This document shows positions 30,329-39,816 of a stretch of 64,000 bases of DNA, one piece after another. Where the stretch lies: contig OZ253580.1 of assembly GCA_965263035.1 (NCBI GenBank), forward strand, positions 5,312,001 through 5,376,000, given 5' to 3'. Numbering within the stretch: position 1 is the first letter of the stretch; the number at the start of each line of letters is the position of its first letter. The DNA is from Acidobacteriota bacterium. GTDB lineage: Bacteria > Acidobacteriota > UBA6911 > RPQK01 > JAJDTT01. A program made the translations under genes and the position numbers. The notes beneath the pieces were generated by a model. The model ran no database searches, had not been told where the DNA came from, and saw only the letters and a list, made by a program, of their open reading frames with translations.

Positions 30329-31759
30329 ATGATGACCCGCACAAACTTTCCCCTCGGCAGTGCTGAGCGCCCTCTCCGCGTTGCCATCGTTGGCTCGGGG
30401 CCCTCCGGTTTCTACGCCGCCGACGCTCTCTTCAAGCAAAAGGGTGTGCATCTGCGCATCGACATGTTCGAGCGCATGGCCATGCCGTACGGGTTGGTTC
30501 GTTACGGCGTGGCTCCGGACCACCAGAGCATCAAGCGCGTCATCCGCAGCTATGAGAAGACGGCTCGGGACGCGCGTTTTCGATTTTTCGGCAACGTTCT
30601 GGTGGGACGCGACCTCCCGGTGGAACAACTGAGTCAGCACTTCGACCAGGTCGTCTACGCTTTCGGTTGCGGTTCGGACCGGCGGTTGGGCATCCCCGGA
30701 GAGGACCTTCCGGGGAGCCACACGGCAACGGCCTTCGTGGCCTGGTACAACGGGCATCCCGATCACTGCAACGACCGGTTCGATCTCTCCGGCCGCCGCG
30801 TGGCGGTGGTGGGTGTCGGCAACGTGGCCATGGACGTGACCCGGATTCTGCTCAAGGACCCGGAGGATCTGGCTTCCACCGACATCGCCGATTACGCTCT
30901 GGACGCCCTGCGCAAGAGCCGGATCAAAGAAGTCCTGGTCCTGGGACGCCGAGGTCCGGTCCAAGCGAAGTTCACACCTAAGGAGATTCAGGAGATCGGC
31001 AGCCTGCCCGACGTGGATGTGATGGTGAGACGGCATGACCTGGAACTGGACGAGCACTCTCTATCCGAGATGCGAAAGAAAGGGCCGGCGCGCCGCAACG
31101 TACAGTACCTGATGGAGCGGGCCCGGCTGGGGTCCCAAGGGGGTTCGCGCCGCGTCCTCTTGCAGTTTCTTGCTTCGCCGGTGGAGATCATCGCGACCGG
31201 CGGGAGGGTCGGAGCAGTACGGGTCGAGCGAAATCGGCTGGTGGCCGACGAACACGGACGGATCCGGTCCGTCGGAACCGGAGTGACTGAATTGGTTCCC
31301 GTGGATCTGGTGCTTCGATCCGTGGGTTACCGAGGTGTTCCTCTCCCTGGAATCCCGTTCGATGACGGGAGGGGAGTCGTACCCAGCGCCCAGGGCCGTG
31401 TTCTGCGCCGTCGCGGCGAGACGAACGGCACGGGAGAGTACGTTGTGGGTTGGATCAAGCGCGGACCCACCGGGCTCATCGGAACCAACAAGGGAGACTC
31501 GGCGGAAACCGTTCGCAGCATGATGGAGGATATCCGTGGCAGGGAGGCCGAATCGATTTCCGAACGTTCCGGCAAAGCCGTGTCGCGCCTCCTGCTGGAC
31601 CGGGGAATCCGCCCGATTCATTTCTCCGATTGGAATATCATCGACCGGGAAGAGCAGGAACGGGGCCGGCGACGAGGCAAGCTGCGGGAGAAGATCACCG
31701 ATCCGGCGGAGGTGACCTCGTTGTTGGATGGACAGCGTCTCGGCCCTCCAGTGGGATAG
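30329..31759 (+). CDS. Ferredoxin-NADP reductase (FprA/adrenodoxin-reductase type)
   Basis: GSGPSG, PYGLVRYGVAPDH, GVGNVAMD, GWIKRGPTG. Confidence 0.92.
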   Translation: MMTRTNFPLGSAERPLRVAIVGSGPSGFYAADALFKQKGVHLRIDMFERMAMPYGLVRYGVAPDHQSIKRVIRSYEKTARDARFRFFGNVLVGRDLPVEQLSQHFDQVVYAFGCGSDRRLGIPGEDLPGSHTATAFVAWYNGHPDHCNDRFDLSGRRVAVVGVGNVAMDVTRILLKDPEDLASTDIADYALDALRKSRIKEVLVLGRRGPVQAKFTPKEIQEIGSLPDVDVMVRRHDLELDEHSLSEMRKKGPARRNVQYLMERARLGSQGGSRRVLLQFLASPVEIIATGGRVGAVRVERNRLVADEHGRIRSVGTGVTELVPVDLVLRSVGYRGVPLPGIPFDDGRGVVPSAQGRVLRRRGETNGTGEYVVGWIKRGPTGLIGTNKGDSAETVRSMMEDIRGREAESISERSGKAVSRLLLDRGIRPIHFSDWNIIDREEQERGRRRGKLREKITDPAEVTSLLDGQRLGPPVG

Positions 31760-31990
31760 GAGTCTGCGCGGTAGAAATGATCGTAGCGAGAAAGTGGGGA
31801 ATCGAGGCCGGATTTTCTCGATTTGGAGGTGCATAGTTGTTCTATTCGCCGAGAAATCGGGGAAATATGGACCGATTCTACCGCTTTCGCAGTAGATCAA
31901 TTTCTGCGGCGCAGGCTCCTGGATCGCCGGCAGCCGCCAAGCGGTATTCTCAGTCGAGACGGCCTTCCTGACAGGAAAGGGGAAGACAAC

Positions 31991-33082
31991 ATGGGGTCGA
32001 TTCGCCGGCGCGAGTTCGGTCAGGTTCTGGCTGCGACAGGGCTGGGGCTGGCGGCCGGATCGCCGCGTTCCGAGGCAGTGGTCACGAAGAAACGGCGCAT
32101 TCCTCTGGGATTCGACAATTATTCGATTCGGGCGTTGGGATGGAAGGCGCCGCGTCTCATCCGGTACGCCTCCTCCCTGGGGTTGGACTCGTGCCTGCTC
32201 TCGGACCTGCACGTCTACGAAAGCCACGACGAGTCCTATCTCAAGGAGATTCGGTCCCAGGCGCAGGGCGCGGGCATCCGACTTCACGTGGGGACGGGAA
32301 GCATCTGTCCCACTTCCTCCAGCTTCAAGACCGACTTCGGCAGCGCGGAAGAACACCTGGAGCTCACCATCCGGATCGCCCGGGTTCTGGGATCGCCGGT
32401 GGCCCGTTGCTTTCTGGGAACACGCCAGGATCGTCTGGGTCCGGACGGGATCGAGCCTCACATGAAGAGCACCATCCAGGTCTTTCGGAAACTGAGAAGC
32501 CGGGCCGTTGAGGCGGGAGTTCGCATCGCCATCGAGAATCATGCCGGCGATATGCAGGCCCGGGAGACGGTTCGTGTGATCGAGGAGGCGGGGAGCGACT
32601 TCGTGGGGGCGACGGTGGATTCGGGAAACGCCACCTGGAGTCTGGAGGACCCGGTCCGGAATCTGGAGATCCTGGGTCCCTACGCCGTTTCCAGCGGCAT
32701 CCGGGATTCCATGGTCTGGGAGGACGCGGCCGGCGCCCGGGTCCAGTGGGCGGCCATGGGGGACGGCTGCGTCGACCTGGAGACCTACATGGATCGATTT
32801 GCCCAGCTCTGTCCCGGCGTCCCCATCCAGTTGGAAACCATCTCCGGGGTGCAGAGATCCGTTCCCTATCTGAAGGAGGACTTCTGGAGTCCTTACCCGG
32901 CCGCCCTGGCCCAGGACTTTGCCGCGTTCGTGGCCCTGGCCAAGCGGGGCTCGCCATTGACGCCTCTTACGGTTCTGGAGGGCGTCGACCCCGCGGAGGC
33001 GGCTGCCTCGTACCAGAAGGCGGAGTTGGAGCGTAGCGTCCACTATTGCAAGGAGGTCCTGGGGCTGGGCTTGAAGTCGTAG
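31991..33082 (+). CDS. Sugar-phosphate isomerase/epimerase (xylose-isomerase-like TIM barrel)
   Basis: Tat-like RRREF; AIENHAGD; DSGN; MGDGCVD. Confidence 0.8.
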   Translation: MGSIRRREFGQVLAATGLGLAAGSPRSEAVVTKKRRIPLGFDNYSIRALGWKAPRLIRYASSLGLDSCLLSDLHVYESHDESYLKEIRSQAQGAGIRLHVGTGSICPTSSSFKTDFGSAEEHLELTIRIARVLGSPVARCFLGTRQDRLGPDGIEPHMKSTIQVFRKLRSRAVEAGVRIAIENHAGDMQARETVRVIEEAGSDFVGATVDSGNATWSLEDPVRNLEILGPYAVSSGIRDSMVWEDAAGARVQWAAMGDGCVDLETYMDRFAQLCPGVPIQLETISGVQRSVPYLKEDFWSPYPAALAQDFAAFVALAKRGSPLTPLTVLEGVDPAEAAASYQKAELERSVHYCKEVLGLGLKS

Positions 33083-33114
33083 CCTCGGGGCGTCGAGGAG
33101 GTTTGAACCGAAAA

Positions 33115-34296
33115 ATGCAGATCACGAAAGTCGATTCCTACATCGTGGAGAATCCTTGGAACCCCTGGTTCTTCGTGCGGGTGGAGACGGATACGGGGGT
33201 TGTGGGCGTCGGCGAAGGGATCGGGTACCACTGGTCCCTGGCCGCTCAAGCCTATCTGCGCCAGAACGGGGAGCATCTCTTCCTGGGCCGGGACCCCCAC
33301 GACATCGAGCGGATGGTCCTGGACACCCGCCAGATGCTGGGGATCGATCGGGGCCTGGGGATGGTGGAGAGGAGCGTTCTCTCGGCCGTGGAGCAGGCCT
33401 GTTGGGACATTCTGGGGAAACACTACGGAGTCCCGGTCTACAAGTTGCTGGGCGGCAAGGTACGGGACCGGATCCGGGTGTACGCCAACGGCTGGTACAA
33501 CAACTTCGACGTCCGAGACGTTCGCCAATGGGCCGCCAAGGCGAGAAAGCTGGTGGACGAGGGTTACACGGCGCTCAAGTTTGACCCCTTCGGAGCGGCG
33601 TACCGGCGCCTCGAGCCCTCCGAGTTCCGCTTGGCCGTGGAAATCGTCGCCGCCCTCCGCGAGGCCACGGGGCCCGACACCGGCCTGATCGTGGAGGCGC
33701 ACGCCCGGTTTCATCCCGAAGCCGCGATTCAGTTCGGCAAGGCCATCGAGCCGTACGACCTGCTCTGGTACGAGGCGCCGACCCTGGGGTACCTGGGTCC
33801 CGCTCCCCTCAAGGAAGTGGCGTCCCGGGTCAATATTCCCATCGGGACCGACGTGGCCGGAATCAGCGATCTGGTCCAGGCCAGCCAGTATCTGCCTGAC
33901 AGGGCGGCGGGCGTCTATCAGCCCGACGTGGGCTATTCCTGCGGAATCCTGGAGGTGAAGAAGATGGCGGCGCTGGCCGACGCCCTGGGCGTGTTCTTCG
34001 CTCCCCACCAGTCCCTGGGGCCCATCTGCATGGCGGCTTCGATCCAGGTCAGCTTCACCGCACCCGCCTTCCTGATCCAGGAGGCGTTCGCCGAGTTCGC
34101 GTATCCCTCCTGGACGCGGGATCTGGTCACCGGATCGGCCCCGATCCGGAACGGATATATCGAATTGCCGGAAAAACCGGGACTGGGTGTGGAACTGGAC
34201 GTCTCGGTGGCCCGCCAACATCCCCTCAAGGGAGACCGGGTGATCGATCTCCTGGCTGAAGGGTGGGAGGGGCGGTCGGACGTCTTGAAGGAATAA
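33115..34296 (+). CDS. Mandelate racemase/enolase family (galactonate dehydratase-like)
   Basis: VETDTG..GE, WDILGK..PVYKLLGGKVR, KFDPF, PGLGVE. Confidence 0.88.
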   Translation: MQITKVDSYIVENPWNPWFFVRVETDTGVVGVGEGIGYHWSLAAQAYLRQNGEHLFLGRDPHDIERMVLDTRQMLGIDRGLGMVERSVLSAVEQACWDILGKHYGVPVYKLLGGKVRDRIRVYANGWYNNFDVRDVRQWAAKARKLVDEGYTALKFDPFGAAYRRLEPSEFRLAVEIVAALREATGPDTGLIVEAHARFHPEAAIQFGKAIEPYDLLWYEAPTLGYLGPAPLKEVASRVNIPIGTDVAGISDLVQASQYLPDRAAGVYQPDVGYSCGILEVKKMAALADALGVFFAPHQSLGPICMAASIQVSFTAPAFLIQEAFAEFAYPSWTRDLVTGSAPIRNGYIELPEKPGLGVELDVSVARQHPLKGDRVIDLLAEGWEGRSDVLKE

Positions 34297-34401
34297 CTCT
34301 TGGACGAGAGGACGGGTAGCGGTGGATCAGAACTCGTTGTGGTCGCGCCTAAAAATAGTCTCCGAATAGAATTAGAATCCTATGGATAATATTATGGAAG
34401 C

Positions 34402-34605
34402 ATGAAGACTACAGTAGATATTCCCAGAAGGGAACTTGAGGATGCTATGAGGTTCACCAACGCGAAGACCAAGCGAGAAGCAATCGTCGGTGCCATCGCA
34501 GATTTCAATCGGCGCATGCGCACGGCAGAGCTCACACGATTCTCGGGAACCTGCACTGAACTGATCACCCCAGAAGAAATTCAGGCCAATCGTCGCAAAG
34601 GGTAA
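34402..34605 (+). CDS. vapB: VapB antitoxin
   Basis: MKTTVDI..L..AM...AKTKREAI RHH motif, upstream of a PIN gene. Confidence 0.85.
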   Translation: MKTTVDIPRRELEDAMRFTNAKTKREAIVGAIADFNRRMRTAELTRFSGTCTELITPEEIQANRRKG

Positions 34606-34609
34606 CCCG

Positions 34610-34993
34610 GTGATCCTTGTCGATACGTCGTCTTGGATTCACATGCTGCGCCGGAACGGCGATCCAGCAGTTCGCGTCCGTGTCGAAATGGCGCTGAGGA
34701 CAGGCCAGGCCTGCTGGTGTCCTTTGGTCCAGTTGGAACTCTGGAACGGCGCGGGGGGCCAGCAGGAACAGAAGGCTCTGCGGGAATTCGCCCGGGTGCT
34801 ACCAGAACTTCGCATTGACGATGAGGTCTGGCGAATTGCGCATGATTTGGCGCGTCGAGCCAGAGCTCAAGGCATTACTGTGCCTGCTACGGACGTGATC
34901 GTGGCTGCCTGCGCCCGCCGTTACGGTGTTGTTCTCGAAACCGCCGATTCAGATTTCGAACGTTTGGCTTCCGTAATCAGACCAATGGGATAG
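34610..34993 (+). CDS. vapC: VapC PIN-domain toxin
   Basis: ILVDTSSWI, EL..G, D..VAA.A, T.D.DF. Confidence 0.92.
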   Translation: MILVDTSSWIHMLRRNGDPAVRVRVEMALRTGQACWCPLVQLELWNGAGGQQEQKALREFARVLPELRIDDEVWRIAHDLARRARAQGITVPATDVIVAACARRYGVVLETADSDFERLASVIRPMG

Positions 34994-35081
34994 GCTGCCC
35001 TTGCCAACTGCCCAGTGCTCCTTGGGAGTTTGACGGCTAGGAAGCCGCCGCTCCCGATTACCTTTGACACGACAGTATTTT

Positions 35082-35122
35082 CTATCAATAGTAAATATCG
35101 AGCCATATTTTACTATTGATAG
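35082..35122. promoter_or_regulatory. AT-rich inverted repeat (operator-like)
   Basis: CTATCAATAGTAAA-13 nt-TTTACTATTGATAG, perfect 14-bp arms. Confidence 0.5.
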
Positions 35123-35431
35123 CGAACACATCGCCAAAAATACACAATCCGATCGCAAAACAAGAGTGACTTTGCCGGCTCCCGAATTCCCAAGAATTCG
35201 GCGGCTGGAAAGCAGTCCGCTCACCTGCTAACAGGACCGGACACTTCACGGACTAACGACACGGGATGGAAACACCAAATCAGAACCCACGATTTGCAAC
35301 ATGGATATTCCAAAGTGGCCACTACTTACGCCAATTCATGCCCGGGGCGGAAGCTCCTCGATCCTCATCTTGCTATCATCCGACAAACTAGATTCGGCGG
35401 ACTCAGTGTTCGACCAGCTGGAAGGATCGGC

Positions 35432-36445
35432 ATGCACAAGCTATTTCGCACGACGGTGACCGGGAGCTATCCGCGTCCGGTCCAGCCCCAGGACACTCTG
35501 CGCAAGCCGGAACTCAGCCGGGAGGAGGCCGACGAGATCATCCGGTGGGCGGTTCGGGACCAGGTGGACGCGGGGTTGGACATCGTGACCGACGGCGAGG
35601 GCCGGCGCGAGAACATGTACTACTTCGTCCAGAAGCGGGTCGAAGGCGTCAGCTTCGAAAAGATGACCTACCGCGAGTTCGGGACCGCCGGCTTCGGAAT
35701 CGAGTTGGCTCAGGTGGTCGGCCCCCTCACCAATCCCAACGTGGGACTGGCCCACGACTGGCGTGTGGCCCGGGACGCTGCTCCAGCAGGTGTCGAGGTC
35801 AAGATCACCTGCATCGGCCCGCATATGCTGGCCAAGTTCTCAGACAACCGCCGGCCCGACCTTTACCCGGACGACGCCGCGCTGGCGGCCGGGTACGCCC
35901 GGATCCTGAACCAGGAGTTTCGGGAAGCGGTCCGCGCCGGTTGCGAGTTCATCCAGTTCGACGAACCGGCCTGGACCGCATTCCCCGAAGACGCGGCCTG
36001 GGCGGCCGAAACCCTGAAATTGGCGACGGAGGGACTCGGCATACGATTCGGTCTGCATGTCTGTGGGGGAAATGCTTACCGTAAACGTGTCTACTTCGCC
36101 CGTTACACCGACATGGTCGAGGCCTTTCGCGCCGCTCCGGTCGACCAGATCTCCCTGGAGCATTGCACCCTGGAATACGACATGATGCCGCTCTGGGAGG
36201 AACTGGACTATCGGGGGGAGTTTGCCGTGGGAGTCCTGGATCAACGCAGCGACGAGATCGAGCCGCCGGATCTGATCGTCGAACGGATTCGGCCGGCCCT
36301 GGAGCATTTTCCTCCCGAACGCTTGCTGCTGACGTCCGAATGCGGCTTTCAGCACGTCCCGCTGGATGTCACCCGCTACAAGTTGAGGACCCTGGTGGCG
36401 GGCGCCGAACAGGCTCGAAGGGTCCTGGTCCGTCGATCCGGCTGA
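35432..36445 (+). CDS. Cobalamin-independent methionine synthase catalytic-domain protein (MetE core-like)
   Basis: GSYPRP, TDGE.RR, IQFDEP, HVC, CGF Zn ligands. Confidence 0.88.
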   Translation: MHKLFRTTVTGSYPRPVQPQDTLRKPELSREEADEIIRWAVRDQVDAGLDIVTDGEGRRENMYYFVQKRVEGVSFEKMTYREFGTAGFGIELAQVVGPLTNPNVGLAHDWRVARDAAPAGVEVKITCIGPHMLAKFSDNRRPDLYPDDAALAAGYARILNQEFREAVRAGCEFIQFDEPAWTAFPEDAAWAAETLKLATEGLGIRFGLHVCGGNAYRKRVYFARYTDMVEAFRAAPVDQISLEHCTLEYDMMPLWEELDYRGEFAVGVLDQRSDEIEPPDLIVERIRPALEHFPPERLLLTSECGFQHVPLDVTRYKLRTLVAGAEQARRVLVRRSG

Positions 36446-36460
36446 GGAAACGAGGAACCC

Positions 36461-36769
36461 GTGGGCACCGTCTTCACACCACTTGACGCGGGCGTCTTCT
36501 TCGCCGCCTTGGCTCTGGTGATGGCCATCGGCCTGCTGGCGTCCCGGCGCGAGAACACGGCGGAGGCCTATTTTCTGGCGGGCCGAAACATCCCTTGGTG
36601 GGGCGTGGCCGGTTCCATCTACGGCAGCAACGTCAGCGCCAATCACATGATCGGGATGATGGGCATCGGCTTCAGCGTCGGTTTCGCCCAGAGCCACTTC
36701 GAGCTGGGGGCCATCGCCGGCCTCATGCTCCTCTGCTACGGGTTCCTCCCGGTCTATCGAAAGTTGAAG
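36461..36769 (+). pseudogene. Sodium:solute symporter, 5' half (interrupted by the element)
   Basis: YFLAGRNIPWW, SNVSA.H.IG, FLPVYRKLK; continues in frame at 46661 (LKLYTLSEYLERRY). Confidence 0.9.
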
Positions 36770-36836
36770 GCTTGCACTGTCCGACCATGTATATTTCCAT
36801 TATAGGGGAACCCGGCTGACGGTCCAGCCCAAAGTG

Positions 36837-36921
36837 CCCCCGCTGGCGGAATTGGCAGACACGGGAGGCTTAAACCCTCCTGGCCGCAAGGCCGTGTGGG
36901 TTCGAATCCCCGCGCCGGGGA
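36837..36921 (+). tRNA. Degenerate tRNA-Leu(TAA)
   Basis: TGGCGGAATTGGCAGAC D-arm, GGAGG-CTTAAAC-CCTCC anticodon arm, long variable arm GGCC-GCAA-GGCC, GGTTCGAATCC; mismatches in the D and acceptor stems, no encoded CCA. Confidence 0.75.
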
Positions 36922-36949
36922 CTCCTGAAGACTGTGCCTCCGCAGGACT

Positions 36950-37519
36950 CTACAACCCCAGGTCCTTAAGGTCACGGAGGCCAATTGCCTTCAGATCGAC
37001 ATTCCCTTCTTCGAGAGGATGGAGAGGGTCTAATTCGTAGTGTCTCTGAAACAAGTGAATCGTTTGACCGACAACTCGTGCGAGACTTCTCACTTGGGGG
37101 ATACGTTGCTGAGATTCATTTGCAGGCAGATCAAGCGCATCACCAAGAAGAATAGGGATGGTATCGAAGATAGTGAGCACGCTAGCAGCCGCATAGTGGT
37201 TCAAATCGCCTAGTCTTGGTAGTGCGGATTCAAAAACTCTTTTGCTGTTGACAGTCTCATATGCGGATCTTTCGTAGATTTTTCCTGGCCTCGATAATAT
37301 CGCGGCCAGAGCGACCAGTTTATTGTGGAGATCCGATCTGAGTAGCGAAGCAACTGCCTTTGCTTTAGCGCGGCGCCTTTCGGCCTGAAGCTTGCGAGCG
37401 TTCTTCATCGTCAAATAGGAGGAAAGGAACGCAGCACCCAAACCAATCACATACGGCCCCAGTGTCTTTAGGAAGTTGAGTATCGTTACGGCGCTTGGCG
37501 CTTGTCCCGGATCAGCCAT
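36950..37519 (-). CDS. Hypothetical membrane-anchored accessory protein
   Basis: N-terminal TM (YVIGLGAAFLSSYL) then a basic helix; lower GC. Confidence 0.6.
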   Translation of the reverse strand: MADPGQAPSAVTILNFLKTLGPYVIGLGAAFLSSYLTMKNARKLQAERRRAKAKAVASLLRSDLHNKLVALAAILSRPGKIYERSAYETVNSKRVFESALPRLGDLNHYAAASVLTIFDTIPILLGDALDLPANESQQRIPQVRSLARVVGQTIHLFQRHYELDPLHPLEEGNVDLKAIGLRDLKDLGL

Positions 37520-37762
37520 TTCAGACACTTCTAAGAGTAGCATGGCTACCAGCCTATCGATCCAGTGTGACACCCCCGGCGTGGTACTCTGGCGGGGCCT
37601 GGAGGCGTTATTCCGCTTGGTCCGTCTGGGAGTTTGGGCGGGAATCGTCAGGCTCACCAGGTCTCCAAGCACCCCCGGAATTTATTCTGATGGCTCAGAA
37701 TCGCCGGGGAGCGGTCCTTCCAACGTGTGTCACCGGATTCTGGTAAACTGCACGGCAGAGTC

Positions 37763-37831
37763 GGGCAGGGAGCGACGGGCCACAATCACACGAGTCTCAT
37801 CCACTCGTGGCCAGGCACCCTGCCCTTTTTT
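37763..37831 (+). terminator. Long hairpin with T-tract (intrinsic terminator-like)
   Basis: GGGCAGGG/CCCTGCCC outer stem, CACGAGT/ACTCGTG inner stem, followed by T6. Confidence 0.5.
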
Positions 37832-38414
37832 CCCATCCACTGTCGTACCGTCCGTGATAAACTCCACAGCAGGATGAGGCTCGATCTCGCGGACCATTAC
37901 CAGATACCGCTCTCCAGTCTCGTCTTGCGTCCGTTTGCTGTGGGCTTATGCGCGGGCCGGACGCGATTTAAGACGATCTCCAACAGCGGGATCGGCGGTG
38001 CGGGACGGGACCTTCATACCGCACGCGGCAACCCCGAAGGAGCGGGCCAACCGGGCAACCGGCCCCGTTCTGGAGTCCAGGGCCGGAAGGGCGGGGAGTT
38101 CACAGCCTCCGCGGAAATGTGCTGGACTCCCGCTAGCAGGCGATCTCTGATCTAGCGGGTAGAAGATCTGCCAGGGAAAATCAGCGGGGTGGGTTCACGC
38201 GTACGCGCGCGAGGATCTGAATACCCCTCTGGTTTTTCCGATCCGCCGTAGGCGGGGAGGCCAAAGCAGATGGGGTTCCTACTTGCACCACACCCCTACC
38301 TAATCTTTAATTATCTTCAGTTTTGGTTTTAGGGGAAGAGAGAAAGTTAGAGGAGGAGTACCCATTACTACACCTTCCCGCCCCGCAGGGGTCTTACAGA
38401 CGAAATAGGAGGAA

Positions 38415-38702
38415 GTGATGCTACGAGGAAAGCGAACTCGATTTGCACTGTACGCGGTCACCGATGACCCGGATGTTCTGGTGGTGGATCGGAAAATGGC
38501 GGAGTGGATCGAGAAGCCCCCGCTTTGGACCTGGGACGACTTCCACGTCGTCGGGGTCTTCGAGTGCTCCGCCGATACTGCTATTGACTTGCTCAACGGC
38601 CAAGAGCTGATCTGTGGAGGATACGAGGAGAATCCGAATATCCCCGGCGTAGGGATCAAGACTATCTGGTCGCTCTGCGAAGTGCCTGACCCTGCTCGGT
38701 GA
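38415..38702 (+). CDS. Hypothetical phage protein
   Basis: Strong AGGAGG RBS; 95 aa. Confidence 0.55.
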   Translation: MMLRGKRTRFALYAVTDDPDVLVVDRKMAEWIEKPPLWTWDDFHVVGVFECSADTAIDLLNGQELICGGYEENPNIPGVGIKTIWSLCEVPDPAR

Positions 38703-38851
38703 TTACACTTCTGATACCATGCCCCCGTTGGGTGTGGCCGACCCCCTCCTAAACTTCCCCCCCCCCCCCCCCAATCCCACCTTTGCTAGGCAATTTCGAC
38801 CCCCTGTATTTACGACTGAAATAGTCAGACCCTCCCTTCCATACTGCCTGC

Positions 38852-39100
38852 GTGACCGGATCTCGGACCTCTTACCGATTGATGATCAATGCTGAGTGGG
38901 ACGACGGACGTCCCTCGATCGACGTTTCTGTCCGGGAGATTCCAAGCGATGTCAGTCCTGCCGATGTCATCAAGCTGCTTCGCAACTGCTTGATCCTGGG
39001 TCCGCATCGTCTGGAATTCAGGGAATTGCAGGCGGGCGGTGCTTGCGGATTCCTAATCATAGGCTCCACCAAGCCACGGCGCGGGAGGCCCCCAAAATGA
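38852..39100 (+). CDS. Hypothetical phage protein
   Basis: ATGA-coupled to the next ORF. Confidence 0.45.
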   Translation: MTGSRTSYRLMINAEWDDGRPSIDVSVREIPSDVSPADVIKLLRNCLILGPHRLEFRELQAGGACGFLIIGSTKPRRGRPPK

Positions 39101-39345
39101 GGGCGCACAGATCCAGGCATCGCTGGGGACCGTCTCCTCTAAGCACCAGTTACTGGGCGGACATAGTACGTCCGGAGTGGGTGATCGCGTTGAAGCGCCA
39201 GAAGCTGGACGACACCATCCAACGGATGGCCTTGCCCTTCCTCGACAAAAACCGGCCGGGATCGCCGGGCCAGAAGTGCTCGGTTGACGCTGCATGGGAG
39301 ACGATTTTGCGGGCCAACGAGATCTACTTGAGGACTGGGCAATGA
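39097..39345 (+). CDS. Hypothetical phage protein
   Basis: ATGA overlaps at both ends; GGAGG RBS. Confidence 0.5.
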   Translation: MRAHRSRHRWGPSPLSTSYWADIVRPEWVIALKRQKLDDTIQRMALPFLDKNRPGSPGQKCSVDAAWETILRANEIYLRTGQ

Positions 39346-39719
39346 CCATCAAGATCACCCTGCTCAACGAGCGGCAGATCCTCCAGGGCATCGACCAGTT
39401 GGAGACAGTCTTGGGCCGAGAGATGGTCACGGGCGTGAATCGAGCCACGAAGAAGATACTGTCCACCGCCAAGCGTAATGCTCCGGTAGATACGGGACAA
39501 CTTAGGGATAGCGGATCCAGAGATCCTGCTGCTGTGAAGAAGAGCGGGCTGGGTGGGACTTCTGTTGTAGGTGCTGTTGAATTTTCGGCTCCTTATGCTG
39601 TGGCCGTCGAGTACGGAAAAGGTCGAGGCAATCACTACTTGCGGTCGGCTATAGACAGGCACGAGGGTGGCCGGGATGACATCGCCGCCGCCATCGGGCG
39701 GGCAGTGGGGGCGGTATGA
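39342..39719 (+). CDS. HK97 gp10-like neck/tail-completion protein
   Basis: AKRNAPVDTGQLRDS, PYA..VEYG, YLRSA. Confidence 0.85.
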   Translation: MTIKITLLNERQILQGIDQLETVLGREMVTGVNRATKKILSTAKRNAPVDTGQLRDSGSRDPAAVKKSGLGGTSVVGAVEFSAPYAVAVEYGKGRGNHYLRSAIDRHEGGRDDIAAAIGRAVGAV

Positions 39720-39816
39720 CGGCACCGGGGGCATGGGGAACCCCTGCTTCCCGTGATCCGGCCAGGGCGGCATACGTGGTGGGGGTCAGCCTTACGTCCG
39801 GCAAGAAGGATTCTGG

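Noticed and set aside
23888-33043. Long antisense ORFs (e.g. 23888-25513, 31061-33043; also 4717-6123, 10874-12220, 62453-63745)
   Set aside because: Typical shadow frames in high-GC DNA opposite well-supported genes; no motifs
36896-36921. tRNA 3' end as the element's att site
   Set aside because: No duplicate of the tRNA 3' end found at the other boundary; the TTGAAG junction explains the split gene exactly
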